Made by a program: the position numbers and the translations under genes
Assembly (NCBI GenBank): GCA_963779225.1
Contig: CAVZWW010000003.1
Coordinates: 3,445,504-3,509,503, forward strand
Direction: 5' to 3'
From: an uncultured Bacteroidota bacterium
GTDB taxonomy: Bacteria; Bacteroidota; Ignavibacteria; UBA10030; UBA6906
Length of the DNA: 64,000 bases
In this document: positions 17,833 through 28,837 of the stretch, in pieces
Layout: each line of letters begins with the position of its first letter
Numbering within the stretch: the stretch's first letter is position 1
Notes under the pieces: model-generated
Told to the model about the DNA's origin: nothing
The model's input: the letters and a program-made list of their open reading frames with translations, nothing else
Databases searched by the model: none

Positions 17833-20049
17833 ATGAAGATCACTCTCCTCACTCTCATGTTCCTCCTTCCACTCACGATTGCTTTGAACAATGCCTATGG
17901 TTCCAGCCACACGGTGTACGTCTCTCCGTCAGGGAATGACCGTTGGAGCGGCAGGCTTTCGGCGCCTGACGGGGCGGGAACAGACGGCCCCGTTGCCACG
18001 CTTGAGCGTGCACGGGATATTGCCCGCGCGATCCGGGAGTCGACCGACACCACATTCGTCGTGCTGCGCGGTGGAACATACGTGCGTTCTCAGACATTTC
18101 ACCTCTCGAATGCGGACGGCGGCACGGCATCGGCACCAGTCATCTGGCGCGCCTATCCCGGTGAGTCTGTCCGTCTGAACGGCGGGGTCCGGATATCCGG
18201 TTTCACACCGGTCAGTGACACAGCGACACTCCGGCGCTTACCTGCGGCCATACGCAACAGGGTGGTCCGGGCGGATCTCCGTGCCATGGGCATTACAGAC
18301 TTCGGCGCCATTACACAGCGCGGCAATCCCGGTCTGGAGTTGTTCTACAAAGGAAATCGCATGCAACTGGCGCGATGGCCGAATGCAGAATATCTTCGCG
18401 TCACCGATGTGCCCCAGACGGGTGATACCATGTACAACAAAGGCCTCGAGCGCGAGAAGCGATTCGACGGAGTCCCGGCCGGCCGACATTATGGAAGATT
18501 CACCTACAGCGGCTCGCGCCCTTCCGGATGGTCCACGGTCAGCGGGATATATGTACACGGGTTCTGGACATTCGACTGGAGCGATACATTTCAGAAGGTG
18601 GAACGGATCGACACGGCGGCACACGAGATCACCCTTGCACTTCCACATCACCATTACGGCTACACCAGGAATCAGCGTTACTACTTCCTGAATGTCCTGG
18701 AGGAACTGGACGAGCCGGGGGAATGGTATCTCGATCGCACGAGCGGTGTGCTGTATTTTCTTGCCCCGGGCGGCATCTCGCCGTCGGAGGCGGAAGTCTC
18801 GATGCTTGAATCTCCGCTGGTTGCCCTTGATAGCTGCTCTCATGTCACGTTCCGGGATATGACATTCGAGGTGTCGCGTGGAAACGGTGTCGTCATCGAA
18901 GGCGGCACCGGCAACACGCTGGACGCCTGCACATGGCGCAATCTCGGGAGCGAGGGGGTGATCATCGGGAGCGGCACCCACCATCGCGTTGTGAACGGTG
19001 AACTGAAAGACCTCGCGCGTGCAGGGATTCTTCTTCGCGGCGGGGATCGGCTGACGCTGACCCGTGGGGACAACGAGGTCTATAACACACACATCCATCA
19101 CTACAGCACCTGGCTCCGCACCGGCAACTACGCGGTCGTTATGGATGGCGTGGGGCAGACGATACAGCACTGTCTTATCCATGATGCACCGTTCGAGGGC
19201 GTATACCTCAAGGGAAATGATCACCTGATTACGTTCAACGAAATGCACAGCATCCTCAAAGAATCGGGCGATGCGGGGGCAATTCACACCGGACGCAACT
19301 GGACTTGGCGCGGCAATGTCATTACCAACAATTACTTCCATGACCTGGTAGGACCCGGTCTGCACGGAGTGATGGGTGTGTATCTGGACGACTGGGGAAG
19401 CGGCTTCAGGGTGGAAGGGAATGTCTTCTACCGCGCCGGCCGTGCATCGATGATAGGGGGCGGAAGAGACAACATCATGCGGCACAATGTCTATGTCGAG
19501 TGCAAACCGTCCGTTCACTTCGACGCACGTGGATTGGGGTGGGCATCCTACTTTTTCGACGGCACCCTTTCCTACCTGTTCGATGGATTGAAAGAGGTGA
19601 ATCACAGTGCCCCGCCGTATATCACGCGATATCCCGAACTGGCAAAACTTCCGGGTAAAACCCAGGCACTCCCTGAAAACAATCTCATTGCCGATAATGT
19701 CTCGTGGGGGGGGCGCTGGATGGATATTTACGACTACCTGGCATTCGACATCAATGTTTCCACTTTCAGCGGGAATTATGTGGCTGATTCGATCGGGTTG
19801 CGTCGCCGGAAGGATGGTGAAACGGGTTGGGACCCCTACTACCTGGATATTGACTGGAAAGAGGGATTTGAGGCGTTGGGCAATGCCGATCCGCGTCTCC
19901 GGAAAACATTCCCGCGGGATCATTTCCTTTCCACGCCCCCGCTCGCATTTGACCCGAAAACGAGGAAATTTTCCATTCCGGCAGGTTCGCCTCTAAAGGG
20001 GGCAGGTTTTCCGCTTCCCCCGATCGAGAAGATGGGGTTACTGAAGTAG
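17833..20049 (+). CDS. Exported right-handed parallel beta-helix protein (GH141-like carbohydrate-active enzyme candidate)
   Basis: Signal peptide, YVSPSGNDRWSG, LARWPN, LEELDEPGEWY, ESGDAGAI, GVYLDD and GGRDN. Confidence 0.85.
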   Translation: MKITLLTLMFLLPLTIALNNAYGSSHTVYVSPSGNDRWSGRLSAPDGAGTDGPVATLERARDIARAIRESTDTTFVVLRGGTYVRSQTFHLSNADGGTASAPVIWRAYPGESVRLNGGVRISGFTPVSDTATLRRLPAAIRNRVVRADLRAMGITDFGAITQRGNPGLELFYKGNRMQLARWPNAEYLRVTDVPQTGDTMYNKGLEREKRFDGVPAGRHYGRFTYSGSRPSGWSTVSGIYVHGFWTFDWSDTFQKVERIDTAAHEITLALPHHHYGYTRNQRYYFLNVLEELDEPGEWYLDRTSGVLYFLAPGGISPSEAEVSMLESPLVALDSCSHVTFRDMTFEVSRGNGVVIEGGTGNTLDACTWRNLGSEGVIIGSGTHHRVVNGELKDLARAGILLRGGDRLTLTRGDNEVYNTHIHHYSTWLRTGNYAVVMDGVGQTIQHCLIHDAPFEGVYLKGNDHLITFNEMHSILKESGDAGAIHTGRNWTWRGNVITNNYFHDLVGPGLHGVMGVYLDDWGSGFRVEGNVFYRAGRASMIGGGRDNIMRHNVYVECKPSVHFDARGLGWASYFFDGTLSYLFDGLKEVNHSAPPYITRYPELAKLPGKTQALPENNLIADNVSWGGRWMDIYDYLAFDINVSTFSGNYVADSIGLRRRKDGETGWDPYYLDIDWKEGFEALGNADPRLRKTFPRDHFLSTPPLAFDPKTRKFSIPAGSPLKGAGFPLPPIEKMGLLK

Positions 20050-20081
20050 CTGAGAAATGTAGGGTTTTGGGGGGCTCTTGC

Positions 20082-20345
20082 AGCACATGTGGCTCCGTGG
20101 CACGTGTGGCTCCGTGGCACATGTGGATCTGGGCCTCCTGTGGCACATGTGGCTCCGTGGCACATGTGGCTCCCTCGCTCGCTTGAGGCTTAAGGCGCTG
20201 ACAAGGCACTGCGAGCCTCAGGGTGAGTCTCAAGTTGAGGCACAGCCTGAAGCACACGCTGAGTGAGCTCAGGCTGTATCACGTGTGTCACTTGTGACAC
20301 AAGATCCCACCGTGGCACGTCTGGCTCCCTCGCTCGAGATCCAGG
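20082..20345. repeat. Mosaic repeat block D with a 17-bp tandem unit GGCACATGTGGCTCCGT
   Basis: Four to five tandem or near-tandem copies at 20082-20172, followed by TGAGCCTCA-, TGAGTCTCA- and TGAGGCACA-type modules. Confidence 0.8.
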
Positions 20346-20574
20346 ATGCTCCCCTGTCACCGATGTGTGCTCACTATCGCCACCGGGAAGACCCCTTTGT
20401 AAAGTCTTCCATGTCACCTCTGTCGTTTCTTCAAAATGTGACGGCCGACACGGCCCCCTACCCTCGTTCCGACGTATATTGATGCACGATCGAACACGAA
20501 ACCTGCCCCGATGACACCCGGGTTCGATCACCAGTTACAGCTTCCAAACACACGAAATCAAAAAGAATCTCCAC

Positions 20575-22554
20575 ATGCGCGCCCGGTTTCACGGAAATAT
20601 GATTCGGATGACGGCAGCCTTCGGCTTGATGATCTCCGCCGCAGGTTTGTCTGCGTCAGCGCAGCCGGTGGAATCTTTCCAGTACACGGCCGGTGCAAAG
20701 GTAGATGGAGCCGGCAGACCCCGGGCAATGTATGGGTTGACCGCCCGCGTCGGCGATGGCAACGCCGAGACTTCCGCCCGCACGTTTCTTGAGCGCCATG
20801 CCTCCACGCTCGGCCTGACCGATGCAGCCGGCACCCTCACGGCTGCGAGCACGATTACCGTCCCGGGCGGTTCCCACGTCCGGTTTACGCAGAATGTCAA
20901 CGGTATCCCCATCTACGGAGCGGATGTTGTGGTCAGTCTGAATGTCCGCAACGAAGTCACCATGCTGGTGAACAACTCGCTGGCCGCCGTCCAGCCGCCC
21001 CCGGATGCTTCATTTGACCAGGCCCATGCACTGATGCTGGCACGCGAGCACCTGAAGACCGGCCCGGTTGCGATCGGGAATCCAGACGCCGCCACATTGA
21101 TGGTCTACCGCACACCGGACGGCACCACACGCCTGACCTATCGTGTCACCCTGTCCCGCGAAGAGCCGGCCGGTGACTGGGAGCTGTTCGTTGATGCAGA
21201 ATCCGGAGCCATCCTTCGTGCCCGCGATATGTTTGTGGATTTCCATGAAGGCGAACGCGTTCAGGGGCAGGGCTACGTGTATCTCACCGAACCCTTGAGC
21301 GCCGCGCGCCAGCCTTATGGCACTCCCGGTTTCGCGGACAACAACGACAGTGATTCCGACTCGTTGACCTCGCACCGGTCGCTCGTCACCCTTGACTCTC
21401 TGACATTCGCAAACGGTGTGTTCAAACTCGCCGGCCCATATTGCACCATCACCGACATTGAATCCCCCTTCGACTCCGTCTACACTGCGGCAACACCCGA
21501 TGGTTTTCAGTACACCCGCAGTCAGGCCGGCTTCGAGGCCGTCAACGCGTACTACCACGCCACCGAATCGTACAAGCGGCTGCAGGAACTCGGGTTCAGT
21601 TCGACCCGCCTCGCGCAGTTGCGCATCGACCCTCATGGATTCCAGGGTGCTGACAACTCGCACTACAGTCCGTCCGGGAACTGGATCTCGTTTGGAACCG
21701 GTGGTGTTGACGACGCGGAAGACGCCGATGTTATCTGGCATGAATACGCGCACGCGATTCAGTACGCATTTGTCCCCACCTGGGGTGGCGGCGAAATGGC
21801 CGCACTCGGTGAAGGATATTCCGACTACTGGGCATCCTCCCATTCACGTTCGACACACGAATGGACACGCGGCGAGACACCGTACGATTGGGTATTCCGG
21901 TGGGACGGTCATAACGAATTCTGGTCCGGCCGGCGGGTGAACGACAGCCGCACCTACCCGTTCAACAGTCTTACCGTGCATTCCGCCGGGCAGATCTGGT
22001 CATCAGCCCTTATGTCGGTATGGAATGAACTGGGCCGGGACGTGACAGACCGCCTCGTCATCAAGAGTCTCTTCTACCTTGGTTCGGGAGCCACGGCAAC
22101 CGATGCAGCGATGGCGGTATTGCAGGCGGACAGAGATCTGTATAGCGGCGAGCATCTTGCCACCCTGATCTACTGGCTCGGAACGGTCAAGCGGTTTATC
22201 GACCCGTCGGTCATCAACGACCCTTCAACGGATGTGGCGGACCTCTCGACCGCACCGGCAACATTCGCCCTCGATCAGAACTATCCGAACCCGTTCAACC
22301 CCACCACCACGCTCCGGTTCTCGCTCGCGGAAGGATCAACGGTGCGGCTGAAAGTGTTCAACGTCATCGGTCAGGAAGTCGGTACGCTGGCTGAAGGCCG
22401 GTACGCGGCCGGTGCTCATTCGATCGCCTGGGATGCAACGAATGCGGCGGGTGCAGCGGTTGGAACAAGTGTCTACATCGCCCGGCTCGACATCACCCCG
22501 GCGTCGGGCGGCGAGACCATGACGTTTGTACGGAAGATGGTATTACTTCGCTAA
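20575..22554 (+). CDS. Secreted zinc metallopeptidase (M36/M4-like; FTP/PepSY propeptide) with T9SS sorting domain
   Basis: HVRFTQ.VNGIPIYG, WELFVDAESG, VIWHEYAH zincin motif, GEGYSDY and [13 protein letters not shown]. Confidence 0.88.
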   Translation: MRARFHGNMIRMTAAFGLMISAAGLSASAQPVESFQYTAGAKVDGAGRPRAMYGLTARVGDGNAETSARTFLERHASTLGLTDAAGTLTAASTITVPGGSHVRFTQNVNGIPIYGADVVVSLNVRNEVTMLVNNSLAAVQPPPDASFDQAHALMLAREHLKTGPVAIGNPDAATLMVYRTPDGTTRLTYRVTLSREEPAGDWELFVDAESGAILRARDMFVDFHEGERVQGQGYVYLTEPLSAARQPYGTPGFADNNDSDSDSLTSHRSLVTLDSLTFANGVFKLAGPYCTITDIESPFDSVYTAATPDGFQYTRSQAGFEAVNAYYHATESYKRLQELGFSSTRLAQLRIDPHGFQGADNSHYSPSGNWISFGTGGVDDAEDADVIWHEYAHAIQYAFVPTWGGGEMAALGEGYSDYWASSHSRSTHEWTRGETPYDWVFRWDGHNEFWSGRRVNDSRTYPFNSLTVHSAGQIWSSALMSVWNELGRDVTDRLVIKSLFYLGSGATATDAAMAVLQADRDLYSGEHLATLIYWLGTVKRFIDPSVINDPSTDVADLSTAPATFALDQNYPNPFNPTTTLRFSLAEGSTVRLKVFNVIGQEVGTLAEGRYAAGAHSIAWDATNAAGAAVGTSVYIARLDITPASGGETMTFVRKMVLLR

Positions 22555-23346
22555 CGGTTTGTCTTCGCGGATTCTTCTCTCCATGTGTTGCAGCACTATG
22601 CCGCACACTTCATCCACCTGTGCGGTTGCAGGCAACACGGCTTTGATCTTCCCCAGATAGCGCCGACGGCGAACCGCCCGAAGCGTGGGCACGAAGTTCA
22701 CATCAAGCACCCATCCCAGCTGAAACAACTTGAGATCGTTTACGTTGCGGATATTTCTGTTGTCAACAATGCGTCCTGCCAGGAGGTCCTCGTACACACC
22801 CCTGGTAATGTCCGGAGTATCCGGAAGGCCTATGGAGAGGGCCTGATTCTTCCGCCGTTCAGGGGCATAGTAGTTGTCGATCACCAGCTTCCAGATGTCC
22901 AGTTTGTCGGCATCGCGCAGGAGACGGGCGAAGAACTTGATGCGTGAGTCGCGTACGGGGGGTACTGCGCGAAGATTGTGGTACAGGATGGCCCGGCGGA
23001 TAATTTCGCGAGTGCGCGGGTCAAAACGTTCCAGCACGCGGCGCCGGCGCAGAATCTTGAGCGTCAGTTTTGCGTGATTTTCCGAGCGTGAATCTGCGAA
23101 GGTGCGATACCGCGTAAACTGTTCGAATCGGCCCACGTCGTGCAGGAGAACAATCACCTCAACAATCCGGAGGTCGGCTGCGGAAAGACTGAGAGCTCTG
23201 CCGATCGCCAGAGCTTCGCGGCACACCCGAAGCGTGTGCGACTCTTTCAGGAGCAGATTGCGCCGGACGTCAGGGTCGCCGGAAGTATACTCCCGTACAT
23301 ACCGGACAAACCAGACGCGGATTGCACGGGCATCCCGATCGGTCAT
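22543..23346 (-). CDS. HD-domain phosphohydrolase
   Basis: KESHT, LLHDVGRF, ENHA, AILYHN and LRDADKLD. Confidence 0.88.
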   Translation of the reverse strand: MTDRDARAIRVWFVRYVREYTSGDPDVRRNLLLKESHTLRVCREALAIGRALSLSAADLRIVEVIVLLHDVGRFEQFTRYRTFADSRSENHAKLTLKILRRRRVLERFDPRTREIIRRAILYHNLRAVPPVRDSRIKFFARLLRDADKLDIWKLVIDNYYAPERRKNQALSIGLPDTPDITRGVYEDLLAGRIVDNRNIRNVNDLKLFQLGWVLDVNFVPTLRAVRRRRYLGKIKAVLPATAQVDEVCGIVLQHMERRIREDKPLAK

Positions 23347-24359
23347 TCGGCTGACACCTTTCTTCCCTCCATTTCCGAGAGCAAACGGAGAGCTTTTTCC
23401 TTACGGGGTCGGTCGATGGCGGTACGGATCTCCAGTGAGGCGGCCCGGGTCAGCGCACGGCGGGCATCTTCGGGTCTGTCCCAATCCAGATAGAGGACGC
23501 CGAGTTCGTAACGGTGTCGCATGATATCCGGCGCCAGAGCCACTGCCTGCAGGAGCGCGGCTTCTGCTTCCGGATAGCCCCCGTCGGGGATTTTTCCCAG
23601 AAATACGGCCGCAAGTTGCCGTTTGAGCCAACCCACATTCCCCAGGGCGCGGTAGAATGATCCGCGGATCGAGAGAGCGCCGTCGGCGCGCGGGTTAATG
23701 CGCAACGCCCGTGTCGTCTCATCCAGTAGCTCCCTCGAGAGTCGAACCTGATCCCGCATATCGGCATCCAGCGCAAGGTAACCCAGCGCCCCCGCCAGCC
23801 ATGTATGACCTTCGGCAGTCAGCGAATCCAGATCGATGGAACGCCGGGCATAATCCTCCGCCCGTTTGATAAGCGGAGCACGATCAGCCGGATCATCGAG
23901 CACTTCCCCCTTACATACGTAGACCCGTGCGAGGCGCCAGAGGACACCTGCGTTCCGGGGGTCCTGCGCAAGAGCACCTTCGTAAGCCTCAATAGCCTCG
24001 GGATAGTCGATTTTGATGAAATACCGGTCCCCCGAAGCCATCAACGTTGCGGCATCAGTCGCAGTCAGACTCGCCTGCTCAGGAACGGTCACCGTCGCCT
24101 GATCAGTAGCACTGGAGTCTTCCTGATCAAGAAGAGTGAGTGTGGCCCGATCAGTAGAGGTCATCGTTCCCGCATCAGTTGCCATCGGGGTATCCAGAGC
24201 AATGGCAGTCAGCATTGCCTGATCGGCGGCAGTCAGCGTTCCCGCGTCAGTTGCCATCGGGGTATCCAGAGCAATGGCAGTCAGCATTGCCTGATCGGCG
24301 GCAGTCATCGTTCCCGCATCAGTTGGCAGAAGAAGGAGGGCGTACAGAAGAAGTGTCAT
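23343..24359 (-). CDS. Exported TPR protein with an N-terminal tandem-repeat linker
   Basis: Hydrophobic start, 24-aa repeats, then TPR helices (AIEAYEGALAQDPRNA, LLQAVALAPD, ELGVLY). Confidence 0.75.
   Translation of the reverse strand: MTLLLYALLLLPTDAGTMTAADQAMLTAIALDTPMATDAGTLTAADQAMLTAIALDTPMATDAGTMTSTDRATLTLLDQEDSSATDQATVTVPEQASLTATDAATLMASGDRYFIKIDYPEAIEAYEGALAQDPRNAGVLWRLARVYVCKGEVLDDPADRAPLIKRAEDYARRSIDLDSLTAEGHTWLAGALGYLALDADMRDQVRLSRELLDETTRALRINPRADGALSIRGSFYRALGNVGWLKRQLAAVFLGKIPDGGYPEAEAALLQAVALAPDIMRHRYELGVLYLDWDRPEDARRALTRAASLEIRTAIDRPRKEKALRLLSEMEGRKVSAE
24160..24324 (-). repeat. 72-bp in-frame coding tandem repeat (about 2.3 copies)
   Basis: Unit starts at 24160, 24232 and 24304; encodes TDAGT(M/L)TAADQAMLTAIALDTPMA. 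Confidence 0.9.
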
Positions 24360-24510
24360 TTATTAATTTACGAGAATCGGTGCGGACAAACAAGACTCGG
24401 ATTTGTCCTTTTGCACTCCACGCGGGGAAATCGTATACTTGAGCATATCCTCCCGGGACAGTAAATCTGTCTCTTCAAGAGGCAAACACAGAGAATTCTC
24501 CACGAAGGGT

Positions 24511-24873
24511 ATGATCCTGCCGCCCATTCTGAAAGAACTCTTTGCCCTTCCCCGTCCGAGCGACGTGGATTCGCTTGTACATATTCTCGATCCGGAAGCC
24601 GGGGATCAGTCACCTTTCGGCTTCCCCTCCGGACACTGCAGCCTGACCGTGGTAACCTGGGGGACCCTCGCGCTTCTTTTCCGTAAGCGATGGCTGGCGG
24701 TTCCGGGGGTCATTTTTGCCGTCTTGATGCCGCTTTCAAGGATGTATCTGGGACGTCACTTTGCGGGGGACGTTTTCGGGGGAATAGCCCCCGGCTTCCC
24801 TTTTGTTTGCCCGAGAAACGGTATCAGTTCAAGTGAGATAATATTAATTCTATCAACATATTACAGAGGATAG
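24511..24873 (+). pseudogene. PAP2 phosphatase internal fragment
   Basis: KELFALPRP, FPSGH and SRMYLGRHFAGDV are present, but the N- and C-terminal membrane segments are missing. Confidence 0.65.
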
Positions 24874-24878
24874 CTAAT

Positions 24879-26965
24879 ATGAATTCATCTATTATTTTCA
24901 GGCCATTACGCATTCGTGTCGCGTTGACGGCTTTGCTGTTCCTTGTCGCATGGCAAAGCGCACCGGCAGCCGATTCCCTTTCCGCTAACGACTTGCTCGC
25001 GCTGAAACACGTAGCCACAGCCATTATCAGCCCTGACGGCGAATGGGTCACATATACGATAGACGTTCCCCGAAGTCTTGACGATGATCCGGGCCCCGCC
25101 TACAGCGAGCTGCACGTGTATTCTGTGAAAGGGCGCACATCCCGTCCGTTCATCACGGGAAAGCAGCGGATCCTCTCACCCCTCTGGCGTCCTGACGGCT
25201 CAGCCATCGCCTATCTGACCCGGAGAGGTGAAAAGGCCCCGACCCAGGTCTGGATGATCCCGCTGACGGGCGGAGAATCCTCACAACTCACCGATGCTCC
25301 CGAAGGCGTTCAGGGCTTCCGGTGGCATCCATCCGGCTCAAAGATCGGGTATATCGCGCAGGAGCCAAAAACCGCCCCGCGAGAAAGCCCTGGAGGGCAA
25401 AGGCTACGGATTCATCTACTATGAAGAGAACCTCAAGAACCGAAACCTCTACATGATTGATGTGCCGGAAGGGACAAAACCTCCTGGAATCCAGCTCACG
25501 AAAGACACAAACGTCTGGTCATTCGAATTCTCCCCCGACGGCAAGACCGCGGCAGTTGCGGCCTCTCCCAGGAACCTGATCGACCAGAGCTACATGTTTC
25601 AACAGATCTTCCTGCTGGACCTTACGAAGTCGCGCAATGAAATCCCTTGTGAATCCCGATGCGAAACTGGGCAACTTTGCGTTTTCACCCGACGGAACAT
25701 CGCTCGCGTATGCTGCGGCAAAGTCCAAATCCGACCACGCAGTGAGTCAGGCTTTTGTTATACCTTCTCGCGGTGGTGCCCCGACGAACCTGACGCCGCC
25801 CAAATTCCGCGGCCACATCAACTGGGTGGGCTGGAAGGACAAAGCCACGCTTGTCTATCGCGCCGGCGAGGGTGTACAGACGACACTCACGGCGGTTCGT
25901 CTTGATGGGAGCGATCGTGAAATTCTTCTTACATCCGGCACGACAGGTGTCGTTTTTGAGGCGGTTTCTGTAGCCGGCGACCTTCGCCTCGCCGTCTTTG
26001 CCGGACAGTCCCCCTCCACTCCGGGAGATCTCTATGTCTGGTCTCCGGCCGACGGGCTGATTCGCGGAACAACGGTGAATCCTCTACTCTCCTCAAAGAC
26101 CCTCGGGACGCAGCAGGTGGTTCGCTACAAGGCGAAGGATGGACTCGAGATCGAGGGACTGCTCTTGCTGCCGGTTGGCTATGAAAAGGGAAAGAACTAC
26201 CCGTTGATCGTCGTCGTGCACGGAGGACCCGAATCGCACTACTCGAACAGGTGGCTCACCTCATATAGCGAACCCGGGCAGGTGCTGGCGGGCAAAGGAT
26301 ATGCCGTCTTCTACCCGAATTACCGCGCGAGCACGGGGTACGGCGTCGAGTTTGCCGCTCAGGGACTCGGGGATCCGGCGGGCAAGGAATTTGATGACAT
26401 TGCCGACGGTATCGAATACCTCGTCGCGGATGGAATTGCGGATCGTGCCCGCGTGGGTCTCGGAGGAGGATCATACGGGGGGTATGCCGCAGCCTGGTTT
26501 GCGACGTATTATACGAAATATGTCCGGGCAGTGGTGATGTTCGTCGGGATCAGCGACATCGTCAGCAAGCAGGGAACAACGGATATTCCGTATGAGGATT
26601 TCTTTGTGCATATGGGGAAGAAGGTGGAGGATAACTGGGAGTTCAGCCTGAAGCGGAGCCCCGTGTACTGGGCCCGGCAGAGTTCAACGGCGACGCTCAT
26701 CTGCGGCGGGACTTCCGATACCCGGGTGCATCCTTCCCAGAGCATGGAGCTGTACCGCCGGATGAAGATGAATGATCATCCCGCGGTGCGTCTGGTGCAG
26801 TATCCCGGCGAGCAACATGGCAACAGCCGTCAGCCAGGGCGGGCCGATCTGCTGTACAGGACTCTGGATTGGTACGATTGGTATGTGCGGGACGGCAAAC
26901 CACTGAGCGGTCCCATGCCGCCTCTGGACATCAGTGAGAAATATGGTCTACAACTGCCGGAATAG
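24879..26965 (+). CDS. Exported S9 family peptidase (prolyl oligopeptidase/dipeptidyl aminopeptidase-like), two +1 frameshifts
   Basis: Propeller repeats (ISPDG, WRPDG, FSPDG), VHGGP, GGSYGGY, DTRVHP and GEQHG. Single extra bases at ~25377 (CCCC) and ~25628 (AA) join three ORF pieces. Confidence 0.9.
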
Positions 26966-26985
26966 TTCGTGGCTCAGGGTGAGAC

Positions 26986-27777
26986 TCAGACCAGGAGGAG
27001 GGGGTCCCCGATGCGAAGGGTCTTGCCTGCTTCCGTCGGTGGAATTTGCGTGTTCACGCAGAGGCGGTAGAAATGATCAAATTGCGAGGGTTCCGCCCAG
27101 GAAGGCAGCGTGGCTTTGCGGCGCTCGATGAACCTCGCCATAAATCCCGGCGTCACGTCTGCTGAAACGGGATCACGCGTCGGCACCACACACCGGGCAC
27201 AAGGATTGATCCCCAGAAACTTCACGCCGCCGATGGAAAACGGACAGCTCCCCCCTTTCGCACCGTAGAGCCGGTCCTCCCAGAAAGGCGGAACACCATC
27301 GATCAGGAGATTAGGTCTGAAGCGCCGCAGTATGTCTGCGGCTTCGAGTCCGGGGTACCATGAGGCAACCGTTTCGAGTGTCGCCTGGCTGACGATCGTG
27401 GGCCCGAACGCGGCGGTGTCATCCGGAAAACCTCCGGCAGAGTTCTCCTGCATTGCCACATCCACGCCGAGGAATCTGGTCAGCCACTCCCCGGCGAGGC
27501 GGGATTCTTCCGGCATCAGAAAAACCGCCTCATCCCCCATGCCCTCCGCCTTCAGGAAAACCGAAAACGGGTGCATCCGGTACCGGCTACGGACCAGAGA
27601 CACCCGTTCATTCTTCTTCCCATTGATAAACCTGCCGGCCCTATCACGCATTGCCCACCGCCGGTCATTCTCAAGTGCACCCCCGGGATCTATCCGGGCG
27701 TCGCCTGCAATGAGAGGATCCAGCGCTTTCAGCGGATAGATCAAGACCGACCGTAATGTCGGGCGCAGAGTCTCCAA
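26986..27777 (-). CDS. MOSC domain protein
   Basis: IYPLKAL, DRRWAM, RRFRPNLLIDG, FWED and CARCVVP. Confidence 0.9.
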   Translation of the reverse strand: METLRPTLRSVLIYPLKALDPLIAGDARIDPGGALENDRRWAMRDRAGRFINGKKNERVSLVRSRYRMHPFSVFLKAEGMGDEAVFLMPEESRLAGEWLTRFLGVDVAMQENSAGGFPDDTAAFGPTIVSQATLETVASWYPGLEAADILRRFRPNLLIDGVPPFWEDRLYGAKGGSCPFSIGGVKFLGINPCARCVVPTRDPVSADVTPGFMARFIERRKATLPSWAEPSQFDHFYRLCVNTQIPPTEAGKTLRIGDPLLLV

Positions 27778-27780
27778 TGA

Positions 27781-28230
27781 CTACTTTCCTGCCGGCACAG
27801 GCTGCGGACTGGTGCAATGCTCCTTGAATATCTCCGTGAGATGCGCCGCGATCCGGGAGGCGTCCGTGCTTTCAATCTGATAGCGCGGGATGAAATCCAC
27901 CAGCTGCCCATCTTTCCAGAGGGAAATGGACGGAGAAGAGGGAGGGACATTGCCCATCAGTTCCCGCACACGCGCAGTGGCCTCGACATCGCCGCCGGCA
28001 AACACGGTTGTCAGATGCTGCGGGCGAACAGAAGATTGGTTCAATGCAAGGCCGATTGCCGGACGCGCCTTGCCGGCGGCACATCCACATACTGAATTGA
28101 ACACAAGCAGCTGGGTTCCGGGTGTTTCACGTATGGAACGATCGACATCTTCGACCGTCCTCAATTCAGAAAACCCGAGACGGGTAAGTTCATCGCGAAA
28201 CGGTTGAATCATCGCAGGATCGTAGCGCAT
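27781..28230 (-). CDS. BrxA/BrxB family bacilliredoxin
   Basis: NSVCGCAAGKARP (CGC motif), TVFAG and PPSSPSI. Confidence 0.9.
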   Translation of the reverse strand: MRYDPAMIQPFRDELTRLGFSELRTVEDVDRSIRETPGTQLLVFNSVCGCAAGKARPAIGLALNQSSVRPQHLTTVFAGGDVEATARVRELMGNVPPSSPSISLWKDGQLVDFIPRYQIESTDASRIAAHLTEIFKEHCTSPQPVPAGK

Positions 28231-28837
28231 GCAGTGAACCTTTATATGATGGGAAAGAACAGACTTCACCCTAATAACGCCCGGAAGCGGGTTCGGGTTC
28301 CGTCGGAAGGCGTCGGGCGGGAGAAACAACCCGCTTCCTGCGCCCGGGGCGCCGGCGTGGTTCCGCATTCAGGCGGTCCGCCAGAGAAATGTTCGCCTTA
28401 AATTGCGGAAAGGGCATGGTCGATGTCCGATTCCACGGCTTGCGGATGCGTGTTGGCCAACTATCGCGGTCGGGACTGGGATTTTGGCCGGACAGTGGCC
28501 ATAGACATGCCTTAGGCCCCAATAAGCCCCCAACCTGGAAGGAAACGCTCTCTGAAGGGCTGTCTGAATTGGCCATCCTCCTCTTGCGCTTGTCCAAACG
28601 CCTGTGTAGATTTCCCTCAGTCCGGCAGGGCCCTCCAGGGCATTCCAGATTGCACAGACCCCGCGACTCTCCTTTCTTGAACGGACTGTTCTCTCTCAAA
28701 GCGCACTTTTTTAGTGAGCGCATTTCCGGGGTCGTGCCGCAGCGGCCTTCAGTGGAATGCCTATCTCAGGAACCCCTCGCATCAATTGCGCCGGCATTAT
28801 GGGGCGAGATTGGTGCGGTGAGAAAGGAGTCCTCACC

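Noticed and set aside
18238-19923. Long antisense or alternate-frame ORFs (e.g. 18238-19923, 13832-14884, 36426-37499, 37478-37996, 2400-3086)
   Set aside because: They shadow well-supported genes in GC-rich DNA and show no recognisable motifs.
20082-20172. CRISPR array or plasmid iterons
   Set aside because: The 17-bp units are directly adjacent without spacers, and no cas or rep gene is nearby. Treated as part of the mosaic repeat family.
20515-20535. tRNA T-arm-like CCGGGTTCGATCACC
   Set aside because: No acceptor, D or anticodon arms can be folded around it.
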